From positions 1 to 55,069 of the forward strand of contig CAIRYL010000168.1 in NCBI GenBank assembly GCA_903882825.1: a stretch of 55,069 bases of DNA, read 5' to 3'. The DNA is from an uncultured Candidatus Peregrinibacteria bacterium (GTDB lineage: Bacteria > Patescibacteriota > Gracilibacteria > CAIRYL01). Shown piece after piece: positions 9,804 to 19,631 of this stretch. Every line of letters begins with the position of its first letter. Within the stretch, counting starts at the first letter, position 1. A model generated the notes under the pieces. That model was not told the origin of the DNA, searched no databases, and saw only the letters and a program-made list of their open reading frames with translations. A program made the translations under genes and the position numbers.

Positions 9804-9888
9804 TGGTGGGCAGAGAGGGATTCGAACCCCCGAAGGCGAAGCCAGCGGATTTACAGTCCGCCCCATTTGGCCACTCTGGTATCTGCCC
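9804..9888 (-). tRNA. tRNA-Tyr (GTA)
   Basis: GGGCAGA/TCTGCCC acceptor stem, GCGGA-CTGTAAA-TCCGC anticodon arm, long variable arm, GTTCGAATC, encoded CCA. Confidence 0.96.
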
Positions 9889-9953
9889 AAAAAAACACAG
9901 AAAGCATTCTTCCAGAAAACATATAAAAAAATCAAGAAGAGATACTCTTTTTC

Positions 9954-9982
9954 TTGAAATAGTTTCCTTTTTTTGTTACAAT
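9954..9982 (+). promoter_or_regulatory. sigma70-type promoter with extended -10
   Basis: TTGAAA-17 nt-TACAAT with TG upstream of the -10, ahead of CDS 10008. Confidence 0.5.
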
Positions 9983-10007
9983 AGTTAGATTTTTTATAAA
10001 AAGATTT

Positions 10008-12464
10008 TTGAAGAATTTCCTTTTTGTAGCTATTGGCGTTGTATTATCCCTTGGAATAGTCTTTTTTGGGGGAGACGTGTTAGTGCAATCGGCACCCTTA
10101 CACCTACAAGTATCCGATACAATTGCCGGATACGAAACCACTATTTCTACCACGTATGCAAAACCATACGAAGAAATTATTTTTTATACTGAAGATCCAT
10201 CGGGTGTTCGCAGAGAATTTTCCACTAAAAGTAATAGTACAGGATATGCACAAGTCACTATTTCTGGAGCATTTACACGCATTGCAGGAAAATATTCTGC
10301 TACGGCAGTACGAGACGGACAAATGTATAATGATGGTCCAGTTTTTTCATTTACAGTTTTTTCAGAAAGCATCTCTAATGCCGAATCAACACTTACTACA
10401 CCTGTAAGCTCGGTGAGTGTTGGAAATACTGCCAGTGTGGTAGTACACACGGTAGATAAATATGGAAATCCCATCGCTGGGAAATTTATAACTTTAATTC
10501 CCTCAAGACCTTCAGACCAAATTTTTCCAGAAACAGTACAAACCAACGAAAGAGGGGAAGCTATTTTTCAAATTACTGCACTCCAAGAAGGAACCAGTAC
10601 GTTTTCTGCCCTTGAAAAAATGTCAGGCATAGCTCTGAAAAATACTGCGAGCATCTTCTTTTTTTCCACTACTCCAAAATCACCAAATTGGTCTTCTCGT
10701 CTTTCGGCAAGCCTTGTAACCTCTCAACCCCAAGAAGTAACATCCCCAAAAAGTGTTACGCCTACTTCCAACTTTGGAGAAGCCTCTTCTTTTAGTATAA
10801 AATTTCCAAATGAAGTCGCCGTCAATAGTGATCAACAATATCTCACCATTCAGGTTCTTGATAAAAATGGTCAAATTGTAAAAAATTATGCGAAGCAAAT
10901 TCTTATTAAAACTCCTGATGATCCGCAGTCAACCCTTCCAGGGCAAGGTGGAAAATACACATTTGTAGCCGATGATCAGGGTGAATTTACATTCCCTCTG
11001 GCGCTTATTTTTTCAAAAATAGGATCACAACGGATAGAAGTATATGAATATGATACTGTTAATCAAAAAATAAATCCTTCTATCTCTGGATCGAAAATTG
11101 TTTCCGTTATTGAGAAAACAGGAAATCCTCCGCCAGGATCTCCTCTTATTCGACTCAATTCTCCACAACAAAATTCAAAATTTGGTTCTGGCGAAATTTC
11201 TTTACTCGGAACCGCACAACAAAATAGTGATATTAAAGTGTTTCTAGACGATATTGTTTCTGTAGAGCTTCCCGTAGATGCGAAAGGAGAATTTAAAGGA
11301 GTTTTAAAATCTGTAAAAGATGGGAAACATACGGTATATGTTATGCAAAAAGAAGGTCTTCGAGAAACTTCATCTGTTATATCTTTTGAAGTAGATACCA
11401 CATTCCCAGAACTTCTTGGATTCCAAATTTATCCAGAAGAAGCAGTAGAATCGGAAGCACAAGTCCTTTTCTCTGCACAATCAGAACCAGGATTGGATAT
11501 AGCAAAAATAACGGTAAATGGGGAGCCAGAATTTTTAAAAGAAAGCATTACCAAACCAGGAACATACGAACTCACCACCAGTGCTCCAAAAAATGAAGGA
11601 ACATACGATATTACCATTTCTCTTATCGATCGGGTAGGGAATACCACCACAAAAATAGGAGACAAAAAATTACAAGTAAAAGAACGTCTTTTGGATACAC
11701 CTCCAGCACCAAAAAATTTTAAAGCGACTCCTCTGGCTGGTGGAGCAGAACTCTCGTGGGATGCCATGACAGAAATAAGCCCAAAAGTAGTGATGTACAT
11801 TATTCATAGCGGAAAAGATGAGCAAAATATTACCCGCGCAAAAAGTGTTTCAGGTGAAACCACCAGCATTACCATCGATGGACTCACTCCAGGAGAAAAA
11901 AGATTTTTTGCTATTTCTGCCATTAATATGAGCGGGAAAGAAGGACCAAAAACACCCCTTATTGAAGTTATCCCTCTCACAGGAGAAATTACGCCCACTC
12001 CTACAGAAGAACCTACTCATTCTGCACCACCATCACCCTATACTTTAAAAGCCATTTCTGCAGAAAATAGCGTTGTTCTCTCTTGGACAGCTTTTAAAAC
12101 AAATCCAGAATCTTACACTATTGAATATGGAGTAGAGCCAAACAAATATCGAGCCAGTAGAAAAATTTCTGCCAACATAACGGATTTAGTGGTAGAAGAT
12201 CTTATTCCTGGACGCGAGTACTATTTTAGAGTTTTTCCAGTAGGGAAAAATGGAGAATCTCTTTCCGAACAGTATGAACCTGCAAAAGCGACTCCTATTG
12301 GAAAAAGTGGATATCAAGCTCCTGCGATCCCCCTTATTGCATATCCAAATAAAAATAGTGATACGGGACCTGCATTTTTTCTTTTTATAGGAACACTCTT
12401 CTTTTGTGGAGGAATTATATTTTATTTTTTCCGACAAGAAAGAGCTCACAGATTGTATTCCTAA
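10008..12464 (+). CDS. Large surface protein with Ig-like (Big) and fibronectin type III domains and a C-terminal anchor
   Basis: N-terminal TM/signal; DKYGNPIAG and TNERGEA (invasin/Big_1-like); two FN3-like repeats (LSW...Y...L.PG..Y/F.F); C-terminal SDTGP + hydrophobic segment + RQER. Confidence 0.85.
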   Translation: MKNFLFVAIGVVLSLGIVFFGGDVLVQSAPLHLQVSDTIAGYETTISTTYAKPYEEIIFYTEDPSGVRREFSTKSNSTGYAQVTISGAFTRIAGKYSATAVRDGQMYNDGPVFSFTVFSESISNAESTLTTPVSSVSVGNTASVVVHTVDKYGNPIAGKFITLIPSRPSDQIFPETVQTNERGEAIFQITALQEGTSTFSALEKMSGIALKNTASIFFFSTTPKSPNWSSRLSASLVTSQPQEVTSPKSVTPTSNFGEASSFSIKFPNEVAVNSDQQYLTIQVLDKNGQIVKNYAKQILIKTPDDPQSTLPGQGGKYTFVADDQGEFTFPLALIFSKIGSQRIEVYEYDTVNQKINPSISGSKIVSVIEKTGNPPPGSPLIRLNSPQQNSKFGSGEISLLGTAQQNSDIKVFLDDIVSVELPVDAKGEFKGVLKSVKDGKHTVYVMQKEGLRETSSVISFEVDTTFPELLGFQIYPEEAVESEAQVLFSAQSEPGLDIAKITVNGEPEFLKESITKPGTYELTTSAPKNEGTYDITISLIDRVGNTTTKIGDKKLQVKERLLDTPPAPKNFKATPLAGGAELSWDAMTEISPKVVMYIIHSGKDEQNITRAKSVSGETTSITIDGLTPGEKRFFAISAINMSGKEGPKTPLIEVIPLTGEITPTPTEEPTHSAPPSPYTLKAISAENSVVLSWTAFKTNPESYTIEYGVEPNKYRASRKISANITDLVVEDLIPGREYYFRVFPVGKNGESLSEQYEPAKATPIGKSGYQAPAIPLIAYPNKNSDTGPAFFLFIGTLFFCGGIIFYFFRQERAHRLYS

Positions 12465-12467
12465 TAC

Positions 12468-13787
12468 ATGACCTCCAAAATCTCTCCTGATATAAAATTG
12501 GTTTTTTTTATGACGGCAATTGAGTTTTTTGCTTGGGGGTTAATTGATCCTCTTACTTCATTATTTGTAGAGAATATTGCAAAGAACTATTTTTTAGTAG
12601 GATTAGCATTTGGTTTAAGAGCCCTTTCCAGTACCCTTACTGTTTTTTTTACGAGTCGTGTTCTTAAAAATATTTCTGCTTCTCAAGGATTTTTTATAGG
12701 ACTTTTAGGGCTTTCTTTTTCTGGAATATGTTTTTTTTCTGCAGGATATTGGAACTCGCTTTTTTTGTTATTTCTAGGGTTTTTTATTCAAGGAATCTCC
12801 AGTACCGTTAAGGAAATTTCAAAAATCGAATTTTTAAGTACGTATATCAATTCAGAAAATGTTTCTGGAATTTTAGGAACAAATGCAGGTTTTAAATACT
12901 CATTTTGGAGTGGAGGGATGTTTTTAGGAGCCATTTTCTTTTTTGCATTAGGAGACAGTGCAAAAAATTATGGAGAATATTTCCCATTCTTTTATCTTGT
13001 TTTTGGAATTTTTTGTGCTGGAGTAAGCCTGGTATTATTAAAATTTAGAAACCAATTTCATTCACTCTGTTTTCAAAAAATATGGGAAGATATAAAAACT
13101 GTCATTTTTGATGACCATGTGGTAGTAAGACTCCTGAAAACTATGAAAAAATTCCCAGTTCTTTTAAATTTTTCACTTCTTATTTTTTGTCTTCTCGAAA
13201 TTATTTCAAAAGCAGTCGTCATGTTTGTTCCTCTTCTGGGAATCGCATTGGGGCTTTCTTTACCGCAAGTATTACTCCTCACCGCACTGATGATTGCGCC
13301 TCTTATTTTTACATTTTTATTTTCAAAGTTAGCAGATAAATACGACCGTATGTGGATGGTAGCAGGAGGACTGTTTCTTTCTTTTTTCCCAATGATTTTA
13401 TTGGCAAATACCAATGCCCCACTTTTTATTGGAATTCTCAGTAGTATTACATCTTTAGCCATTGCGATGATTCAGCCTGCTATTATGGGAATTACCGCCT
13501 CACTTACTCCTCCCGAATATAAAGAAGAAACAATGGGACTCGAACTTTTTTTTGGAAATATAGGGAAAATAATAGGGGGAAGTGTTTTAGGCGCAATAGC
13601 TCAAAGTTTTGGAATTCAATTTGCATTTTTAGTAATTGCTCTATTTACCATTCTTTTTTTCTTTATCGCTCTCGGAATAAAATGGCACATAACAGAACAC
13701 CTTTATAAAAAAATACGCGAGGAAAAAACTCATACAAGACATCTGTTTGAACATATCCATTTTCATGCTTTCCGACATTTTCGATAG
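12468..13787 (+). CDS. MFS transporter with His-rich C-terminal tail
   Basis: About 12 TM segments, SKLADKYDR loop motif. Confidence 0.85.
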   Translation: MTSKISPDIKLVFFMTAIEFFAWGLIDPLTSLFVENIAKNYFLVGLAFGLRALSSTLTVFFTSRVLKNISASQGFFIGLLGLSFSGICFFSAGYWNSLFLLFLGFFIQGISSTVKEISKIEFLSTYINSENVSGILGTNAGFKYSFWSGGMFLGAIFFFALGDSAKNYGEYFPFFYLVFGIFCAGVSLVLLKFRNQFHSLCFQKIWEDIKTVIFDDHVVVRLLKTMKKFPVLLNFSLLIFCLLEIISKAVVMFVPLLGIALGLSLPQVLLLTALMIAPLIFTFLFSKLADKYDRMWMVAGGLFLSFFPMILLANTNAPLFIGILSSITSLAIAMIQPAIMGITASLTPPEYKEETMGLELFFGNIGKIIGGSVLGAIAQSFGIQFAFLVIALFTILFFFIALGIKWHITEHLYKKIREEKTHTRHLFEHIHFHAFRHFR

Positions 13788-13795
13788 TAAAAATA

Positions 13796-14176
13796 CTATC
13801 GTTTTGCAATTATTTCTATTTCTACTCGAGCATTTAATGGTAAGCGAGCAACCTGAATAGTTGAACGAGCAGGCTTATATATGCCAAAAAAATCAGCATA
13901 TTTTCCATTTATAAATGAAAAATCATCCATATCTTGTAAAAACATAGTAACTTTTACTACGTGTGCTTTGTTAATTTGAGACGCCTGGAAGAGTGCTTCA
14001 ATATTTTCAAAAATTTGAGTGAGTTCTGTTTCTAAAGACTCATTCCGAAAAGATCCATCGGGAGCCGTGGCAATTTGACCAGAAAAAAACAAAAAGTCTC
14101 CTGTATCCATTCCGGGGGAATATGGACCAAGCGGAGCCGATGAATGGGCAGGAATAATGGGGTGAAAAAGGTACAT
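13796..14176 (-). CDS. ridA: RidA/YjgF/UK114 family deaminase
   Basis: APLGPYS, SGQI, KPARSTIQVARLP, VEIE. Confidence 0.9.
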   Translation of the reverse strand: MYLFHPIIPAHSSAPLGPYSPGMDTGDFLFFSGQIATAPDGSFRNESLETELTQIFENIEALFQASQINKAHVVKVTMFLQDMDDFSFINGKYADFFGIYKPARSTIQVARLPLNARVEIEIIAKR

Positions 14177-14208
14177 AAAAAATAAAATAAATTTTCCAAA
14201 AAAACTCC

Positions 14209-15147
14209 TTATTTTCTTATTTTTCCAGCACTTCCAAGAACAGTAATTTTATGTTCCACCATCTTTTGAATCTCATCACGTGCTGGTCCAAGATATTTTC
14301 GAGGATCAAATTCTTTTGGATTTTCAAAAAAAACTTTTCGAATAATAGCCGTCATAACAATGCGAAGATCTGTATCAATGTTTACTTTTGAAATACCGTA
14401 TTTCACTGCTTCGGAAATAGTTGATTCTTCTACTCCCCGTGCCCCTTTTAAATCACCGCCATATTGGTTGCACATTGTTACATATTCTTGTGGAACGCTT
14501 GATGATCCATGCATGACTAATGGAAGACCAGGAAGTACTTCTGTGAGCTTTATAACCCGTGCTACATCCACTTTCCCATCAGATGAAAATTTATATGCTC
14601 CATGAGATGTCCCAATGGCACACGCTAACGTATCACATCCAGTTTGTTGTACAAATTGAATAGCTTCATCTGGGTCTGTGAGCCGTGCTTCTTTTTCACT
14701 CACCGAAACATGTTCTTCAATTCCCCCTAATTTCCCCAGTTCTGCTTCTACTATTACTCCGTGTGCATGCGCATACGTAACGACTTCTTTTGTAATACGA
14801 ACATTTTCCGCAAATGATTCATGGGAAGCATCAATCATAACCGAATTAAACCCTGCCTCAATAGCACTTTTACACGTTTCAAAATCTGCACCATGATCTT
14901 GATGAATAATAATAGGAACTTCTGGATATTGTTCGGCAATAGAATGAATAATGTCTACGAGCATTTTTGTATTGGCATATTTTCGTGCGCCAGAAGAAAG
15001 TTGCAAAACAACCGGTGCTTTTTGTGCGCTGTGTGCCATCATAATAGCCTGTGTAATTTCCATGTTATTCACATTAAACGCACCAAGGGCATACCCACCA
15101 TTATATGCGTCCATAAGTAGATCTTTTGGGTTTTTAACAATAGGCAT
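14209..15147 (-). CDS. fba: Class II fructose-1,6-bisphosphate aldolase
   Basis: GAFNVNN, HQDHG, SVMIDAS, EAELG, GTSHGAYK, LVMHGSS, KVNIDTD, FDPRKYL. Confidence 0.95.
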   Translation of the reverse strand: MPIVKNPKDLLMDAYNGGYALGAFNVNNMEITQAIMMAHSAQKAPVVLQLSSGARKYANTKMLVDIIHSIAEQYPEVPIIIHQDHGADFETCKSAIEAGFNSVMIDASHESFAENVRITKEVVTYAHAHGVIVEAELGKLGGIEEHVSVSEKEARLTDPDEAIQFVQQTGCDTLACAIGTSHGAYKFSSDGKVDVARVIKLTEVLPGLPLVMHGSSSVPQEYVTMCNQYGGDLKGARGVEESTISEAVKYGISKVNIDTDLRIVMTAIIRKVFFENPKEFDPRKYLGPARDEIQKMVEHKITVLGSAGKIRK

Positions 15148-15255
15148 AAAAAAGAGGTGAAAAAATCGAGACATATCATAATAAAAAAATAAAAAAATCT
15201 CCAGAAAGAAAATTTTTGTTATTTTTTTAGAGTGTATACAACACGTATAAAAAGT

Positions 15256-15654
15256 TTAATGGAGCTTACTTTTACGAGGATCGTAGAAACGAAAAACATT
15301 TACATGGGTAAGTAACGTAAAAAATTCTTCGGCAAAATTTTCTATTAGTGTATCTATTTCTGATTTTATGTTTTGTAATTGTTCTTTTGGCACTGACCCA
15401 ATATTCACTGTAATGGTTACAATATTTTCATTATTATACTCAACATTAGTATGAAACTTAACGCTACCCATCTCCAAATTCGATAAAAGAGTCCCAACCC
15501 GATTATTTACTTCTTCTTTAATTTTTTGCAGTACCTTAGCCTCTTCAAGGTTTAATCGAGAAGAAGTGGAAAAAATGGGATATGTTTTTTTAAAGGGACA
15601 TGTTTTCTTAGTTTTTTTTCCATACTTTGTAAAAAATAGTATATGGGCGCGCAT
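15256..15654 (-). CDS. Hypothetical protein
   Basis: 132-aa ORF filling the intergenic gap; start uncertain. Confidence 0.5.
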   Translation of the reverse strand: MRAHILFFTKYGKKTKKTCPFKKTYPIFSTSSRLNLEEAKVLQKIKEEVNNRVGTLLSNLEMGSVKFHTNVEYNNENIVTITVNIGSVPKEQLQNIKSEIDTLIENFAEEFFTLLTHVNVFRFYDPRKSKLH

Positions 15655-15713
15655 TTTTTATTTCTTTTCTCTCTTTGTCAATATAAAATTTTTTTAGATT
15701 TTTACACTTCTTC

Positions 15714-16886
15714 ATGATACATGCTCTTCCGAAAGGATTTTTATTTGGATCTCATATTTTTGGTCTTCGCAGTAGTATCAGTACAAAACCCGATTTTTCG
15801 GTACTTTTTTCCGAAAATCCGTGCACTGTTGCCTTTGTTTCCACCACCAATATTTTTTGTGGCGAGCCCGTAAAACTCTGTAAAGAGCGCTTTAAAACCT
15901 CAAAAAAAATGAGAGGAGTAATAGTAAATGTGGGAAGTGCGAATGTTGGGACCGGAAAAGAGGGGAAACGCAATGCAGAAGAAGTGCTCACTCTTTCTGC
16001 AAAAGCATTGGGAGTAGATCCTCAAGAACTTTTTTGTGCTTCCACAGGAGTTATTGGAAAACCACTTCCAATGCAAAAAATTCGAGAGGGAATTATTAAA
16101 AAATTCCCAAAATTGTCTTCTGATCCCAGTATTTTTGCAGAAGGAATTCTTACCACCGATTTAGTGCCAAAAATGGCTTCTCGTGAACTTTTAAATGGAG
16201 TAAAAATTTTTGGAACATGTAAAGGAAGTGGCATGATAGAACCAAATATGGCAACTTTACTGGCATTTGTTATCACCGATGCCGAAATGGAATCAGCAGA
16301 ATTACAACAAATATGGAAACGCGTCGTTTCCAAAACTTTTAATGCTATTTCGGTAGATGGAGATACTTCTACTTCTGATATGGCATTTTTATTTGCCAAT
16401 GGAGAAAAAAAAATAAGCGAATCCGAAAAAGAGGATTTTGAAAAAAATCTTACAGAAGTGTGTACTTCCCTTGCAAAACAAATTGCCAAAGACGGAGAAG
16501 GCGCTACAAAACTATTAGAAGTGAATGTTTTCGGCACTCATACCACCGAAGATGCTCAAAAAATTGCAAAATCAATAGTAAATTCCAGCTTGTGGAAATG
16601 CGCACTTTTTGGGAATGATCCGAACTGGGGACGCATTTTGTGTGCCATGGGATATGCGGGAGTTCCTTTTAATCCAGAAAAAGTATCTATTACGCTGTGT
16701 AAAACACCACTGCTTATAAACGGATCGATTATAAAGTTTGATACTGCAATGCTCTCAAAAATCCTTTCTGAACAAAAAGAAATAATTTTAGAAATTGTTT
16801 TACAGGAAGGAGATGCGGAATTTACAGCATATGGATGCGATTTATCGTATAAATATGTAGAAATTAATGCAGAATACCATACCTAA
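15714..16886 (+). CDS. argJ: Bifunctional ornithine acetyltransferase/N-acetylglutamate synthase ArgJ
   Basis: STGVIG, ILTTD, KGSGMIEPNMATLL (autocleavage), DGDTSTSD, DGEGATK, DPNWGRI, C-terminal NAEYHT. Confidence 0.96.
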   Translation: MIHALPKGFLFGSHIFGLRSSISTKPDFSVLFSENPCTVAFVSTTNIFCGEPVKLCKERFKTSKKMRGVIVNVGSANVGTGKEGKRNAEEVLTLSAKALGVDPQELFCASTGVIGKPLPMQKIREGIIKKFPKLSSDPSIFAEGILTTDLVPKMASRELLNGVKIFGTCKGSGMIEPNMATLLAFVITDAEMESAELQQIWKRVVSKTFNAISVDGDTSTSDMAFLFANGEKKISESEKEDFEKNLTEVCTSLAKQIAKDGEGATKLLEVNVFGTHTTEDAQKIAKSIVNSSLWKCALFGNDPNWGRILCAMGYAGVPFNPEKVSITLCKTPLLINGSIIKFDTAMLSKILSEQKEIILEIVLQEGDAEFTAYGCDLSYKYVEINAEYHT

Positions 16887-19009
16887 CCACTCCTTTCCAT
16901 TCCTGTTTCTTTTTTTTCTACTTCTAATAACAAATCTGGGAAATCATACAGAGAAAAATTCTGAAGAAATTCTTCTGCACATTTTCGTACTTCTAAAACG
17001 GTTCGTCCGTCGCTCAAAATTGCCATTTTTAAATCAGGAAGTCCGCTTTGCCGAAGTCCGTACACCGAACCCGGACCACGAAGTCGCATATCAATTTCTG
17101 CAAGTTCAAAACCATTTTGTGTTTTTTCCAAAGCTTTTAAACGAAGAGTTTCTTTTTCGGTAGGAAATAAAAAACAATAGGAAGCGTGTTCCCCTCTGCC
17201 CACTCTTCCACGAAATTGATGCAGTTGAGAAAGCCCAAACCGCTCGGCTCCTTCTATCATCATAATACTGGCATTTGGAATATCAACGCCCACTTCTACT
17301 ACGGACGTGGAAACTAAAATATCATATTTCTTATTTTTAAAATCTTGCATAATTTGTTCTTTTTCTGCTGGACGCATTTTTCCGTGTAAAAGGGCAATAC
17401 GCCGATGAGGAAAAATATGTTGTTCCAATCGAACAAATTCTTCTGTTGCTGCTTTTACATCTAAATTTTCAGATTCTTCAATGAGCGGACAAATAACAAA
17501 TGCCTGTCTTCCTTTTTCTATTTCTATTTCCACAAATCGTTCTACGGTAATGCGGTCAGACGGCGGAACAACGGACGTGTGAATCGGCTTTCTTCCAGGG
17601 GGGAGTTCGGTAAGAACGGAAAGATCTTGATCTCCATACGCGACAATGGCTAATGTCCGAGGAATAGGAGTCGCGGTCATTTGCAAAAAATGAGGATTCC
17701 CTTTTTGGAGAAGTTTTTTTCGTTGTAATACTCCAAATCGATGCTGTTCATCTACCACCGCCAATCCTAAATTATGAAACACCACCGAATCTTCAAATAC
17801 CGCATGTGTTCCTACTAAAATATCAATTTTCCCAAAACGGAGATTCTCCAAAATGTTTTTTCTTATTTTCCCTGTTACAGAACCTGTTAATAAAGCCACT
17901 TCAGGAATTTCAAATACTAAATGTATACTTCCTTCTGCATCCTTTTTCTTTTCCGATATACATCGAAAACCTTTTTTGTATACTTCTTCTAATATATTTT
18001 TTATTCCTTGTGAATGTTGCATCGCTAAAATTTCTGTTGGGGCAATAATGGCACATTGATATCCAGAAAAAATAACTGAAATCATGGCAGTAAGTGCCAC
18101 GAGTGTTTTCCCACTTCCCACATCACCCTCTAAAAGCCGTTGCATGGGGACTGTTTTTTCTAAATCTTTTAAAATTTCAAAAATTGCAATTTTTTGTGAA
18201 TTCGTAGGCGTAAAAGGGAGATGCGAAAAAAAATCTTTTACCAATTCCGGGTGAAAAGGAATAACAAAGGCTGGGATAGTTCCACAAGACTGAAAAAATG
18301 TTTTTTTGCGAAGTGAAGCGAGTTGAATCACCAATAATTCTTCAAAGCTGAATGTTTTCTTTGCACTCTCTAGCTTTTCCGACGAATTAGGAAAATGTAT
18401 GTCTTGAAGTGCAATATTTCGATTGAGTAAACGATGTTCTTTTAAAATTTGAGGAGGAATTACCTCCGGAATACGGATATTTTTCCGTTCCACCATTTCT
18501 AAAATTTCTCTCATTTTTTTTTGAATCCACTCGGTAGGAATGCCATTTACAGCTTTATAAATGGGAGCAATATTTCGAGAAAGAGCGCTTTCGGTGTACA
18601 TTTCAACATGAGGATTTTGAAGAGATATTTTTCCATACGCCAAATTTGCTTTTCCAACCACTAACACACGTTTTCCAACGGGCAGGGTATGCTCTATTCC
18701 GATACTATTAAACCACACACATTCTATTTTCGCGTGTTCGTGTTCTGTTATAAAAATTGCTTTTCCTAAAGAATGTCCTCGTAGCGTTTTTTCACGACTG
18801 ACAGAGGAAAAAGTCCCCAAAAGTACATTTTTTTGGTCAGCTCTTATTTCCGAAAAAAGTGTTATTTCACTGTGATCTTCATATTCTCGTGGGAAAAAAA
18901 ATAAAAAATCCTCTATGGTATAAAATCCAGAATTTTTAAGAAGTACTTTATATTTTTCCGTCGTGCGCAAAACAGAAAGAAGTGGAGAAGAAAGAGAAAA
19001 AGACTCCAT
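16883..19009 (-). CDS. recG: ATP-dependent DNA helicase RecG
   Basis: MQRLLEGDVGSGKT, DEQHRFG, MTATPIPRT, ERFGLSQLHQFRGRVGRG, RGPG; probable start MESFS at 19009. Confidence 0.96.
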   Translation of the reverse strand: MESFSLSSPLLSVLRTTEKYKVLLKNSGFYTIEDFLFFFPREYEDHSEITLFSEIRADQKNVLLGTFSSVSREKTLRGHSLGKAIFITEHEHAKIECVWFNSIGIEHTLPVGKRVLVVGKANLAYGKISLQNPHVEMYTESALSRNIAPIYKAVNGIPTEWIQKKMREILEMVERKNIRIPEVIPPQILKEHRLLNRNIALQDIHFPNSSEKLESAKKTFSFEELLVIQLASLRKKTFFQSCGTIPAFVIPFHPELVKDFFSHLPFTPTNSQKIAIFEILKDLEKTVPMQRLLEGDVGSGKTLVALTAMISVIFSGYQCAIIAPTEILAMQHSQGIKNILEEVYKKGFRCISEKKKDAEGSIHLVFEIPEVALLTGSVTGKIRKNILENLRFGKIDILVGTHAVFEDSVVFHNLGLAVVDEQHRFGVLQRKKLLQKGNPHFLQMTATPIPRTLAIVAYGDQDLSVLTELPPGRKPIHTSVVPPSDRITVERFVEIEIEKGRQAFVICPLIEESENLDVKAATEEFVRLEQHIFPHRRIALLHGKMRPAEKEQIMQDFKNKKYDILVSTSVVEVGVDIPNASIMMIEGAERFGLSQLHQFRGRVGRGEHASYCFLFPTEKETLRLKALEKTQNGFELAEIDMRLRGPGSVYGLRQSGLPDLKMAILSDGRTVLEVRKCAEEFLQNFSLYDFPDLLLEVEKKETGMERSG

Positions 19010-19114
19010 GAAAGGCTTTTTTGAGAGTGTGTATATGGTACGCAAAACAAAACGGCTTGCAAAGAAGAAGAAGAAGTACAATGGAAAGAATTTTTATTCT
19101 TTTACTTTTTTTAT

Positions 19115-19435
19115 ATGGATGAAAAATATAGAGGTATTTTTGTTCCAAATTCTCCTCCTTCTCCTCCTTTGAACCAGCCAGGGCTAGCTAAATCGATATG
19201 CGACAAAATAGAGAATGCAAGTCGAGATGATATTTTACAAGTCGTTCAGGAGGTATCAAATAGTATTGGATTTTGGTCAACGGAAAAAAGGTATGAGACT
19301 CCATATATAGTAAATATGGTTAGGAAAGCATTAGCTGGAGAAATAGGTGTGGAATATGTTACCTCATCTTTTGGATTACAAGATAAAATTAAAGCAATTC
19401 GTCACGATATGGCAGGTGTGACTCCTGTGTACTAA
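19115..19435 (+). CDS. Hypothetical protein (106 aa)
   Basis: ORF followed by a strong terminator; VTSSFGLQDKI C-terminal motif. Confidence 0.65.
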   Translation: MDEKYRGIFVPNSPPSPPLNQPGLAKSICDKIENASRDDILQVVQEVSNSIGFWSTEKRYETPYIVNMVRKALAGEIGVEYVTSSFGLQDKIKAIRHDMAGVTPVY

Positions 19436-19461
19436 TCTACTCATTCTCTACACGTTGTGCT

Positions 19462-19494
19462 GGGCTGACTCGGGAGAGTCAGCCCTTTTGTTTT
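19462..19494 (+). terminator. Rho-independent terminator
   Basis: GGGCTGACTC-GGGA-GAGTCAGCCC followed by TTTTGTTTT. Confidence 0.85.
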
Positions 19495-19540
19495 GCCTGC
19501 GTTTTAGTAGTGTTGCACCCCCAAAAATCCATCACCAAAC

Positions 19541-19570
19541 AAAAAAAGACGCCCCAGCGGGGCGGTCTTT
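19541..19570 (-). terminator. Rho-independent terminator for the minus-strand gene pair
   Basis: Minus strand AAAGACCGCCCC-GCT-GGGGCGTCTTTTTTT. Confidence 0.75.
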
Positions 19571-19631
19571 ACAGGCTCACCCTTCCTTCGCTCATTCCAT
19601 ATTCCCCAAAAGTGACCGTGGAGCATTTGTA

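Noticed and set aside
9710..9988. 92-aa ORF with an internal repeat
   Set aside because: Antisense reading of tRNA-Tyr and its repeat copy.
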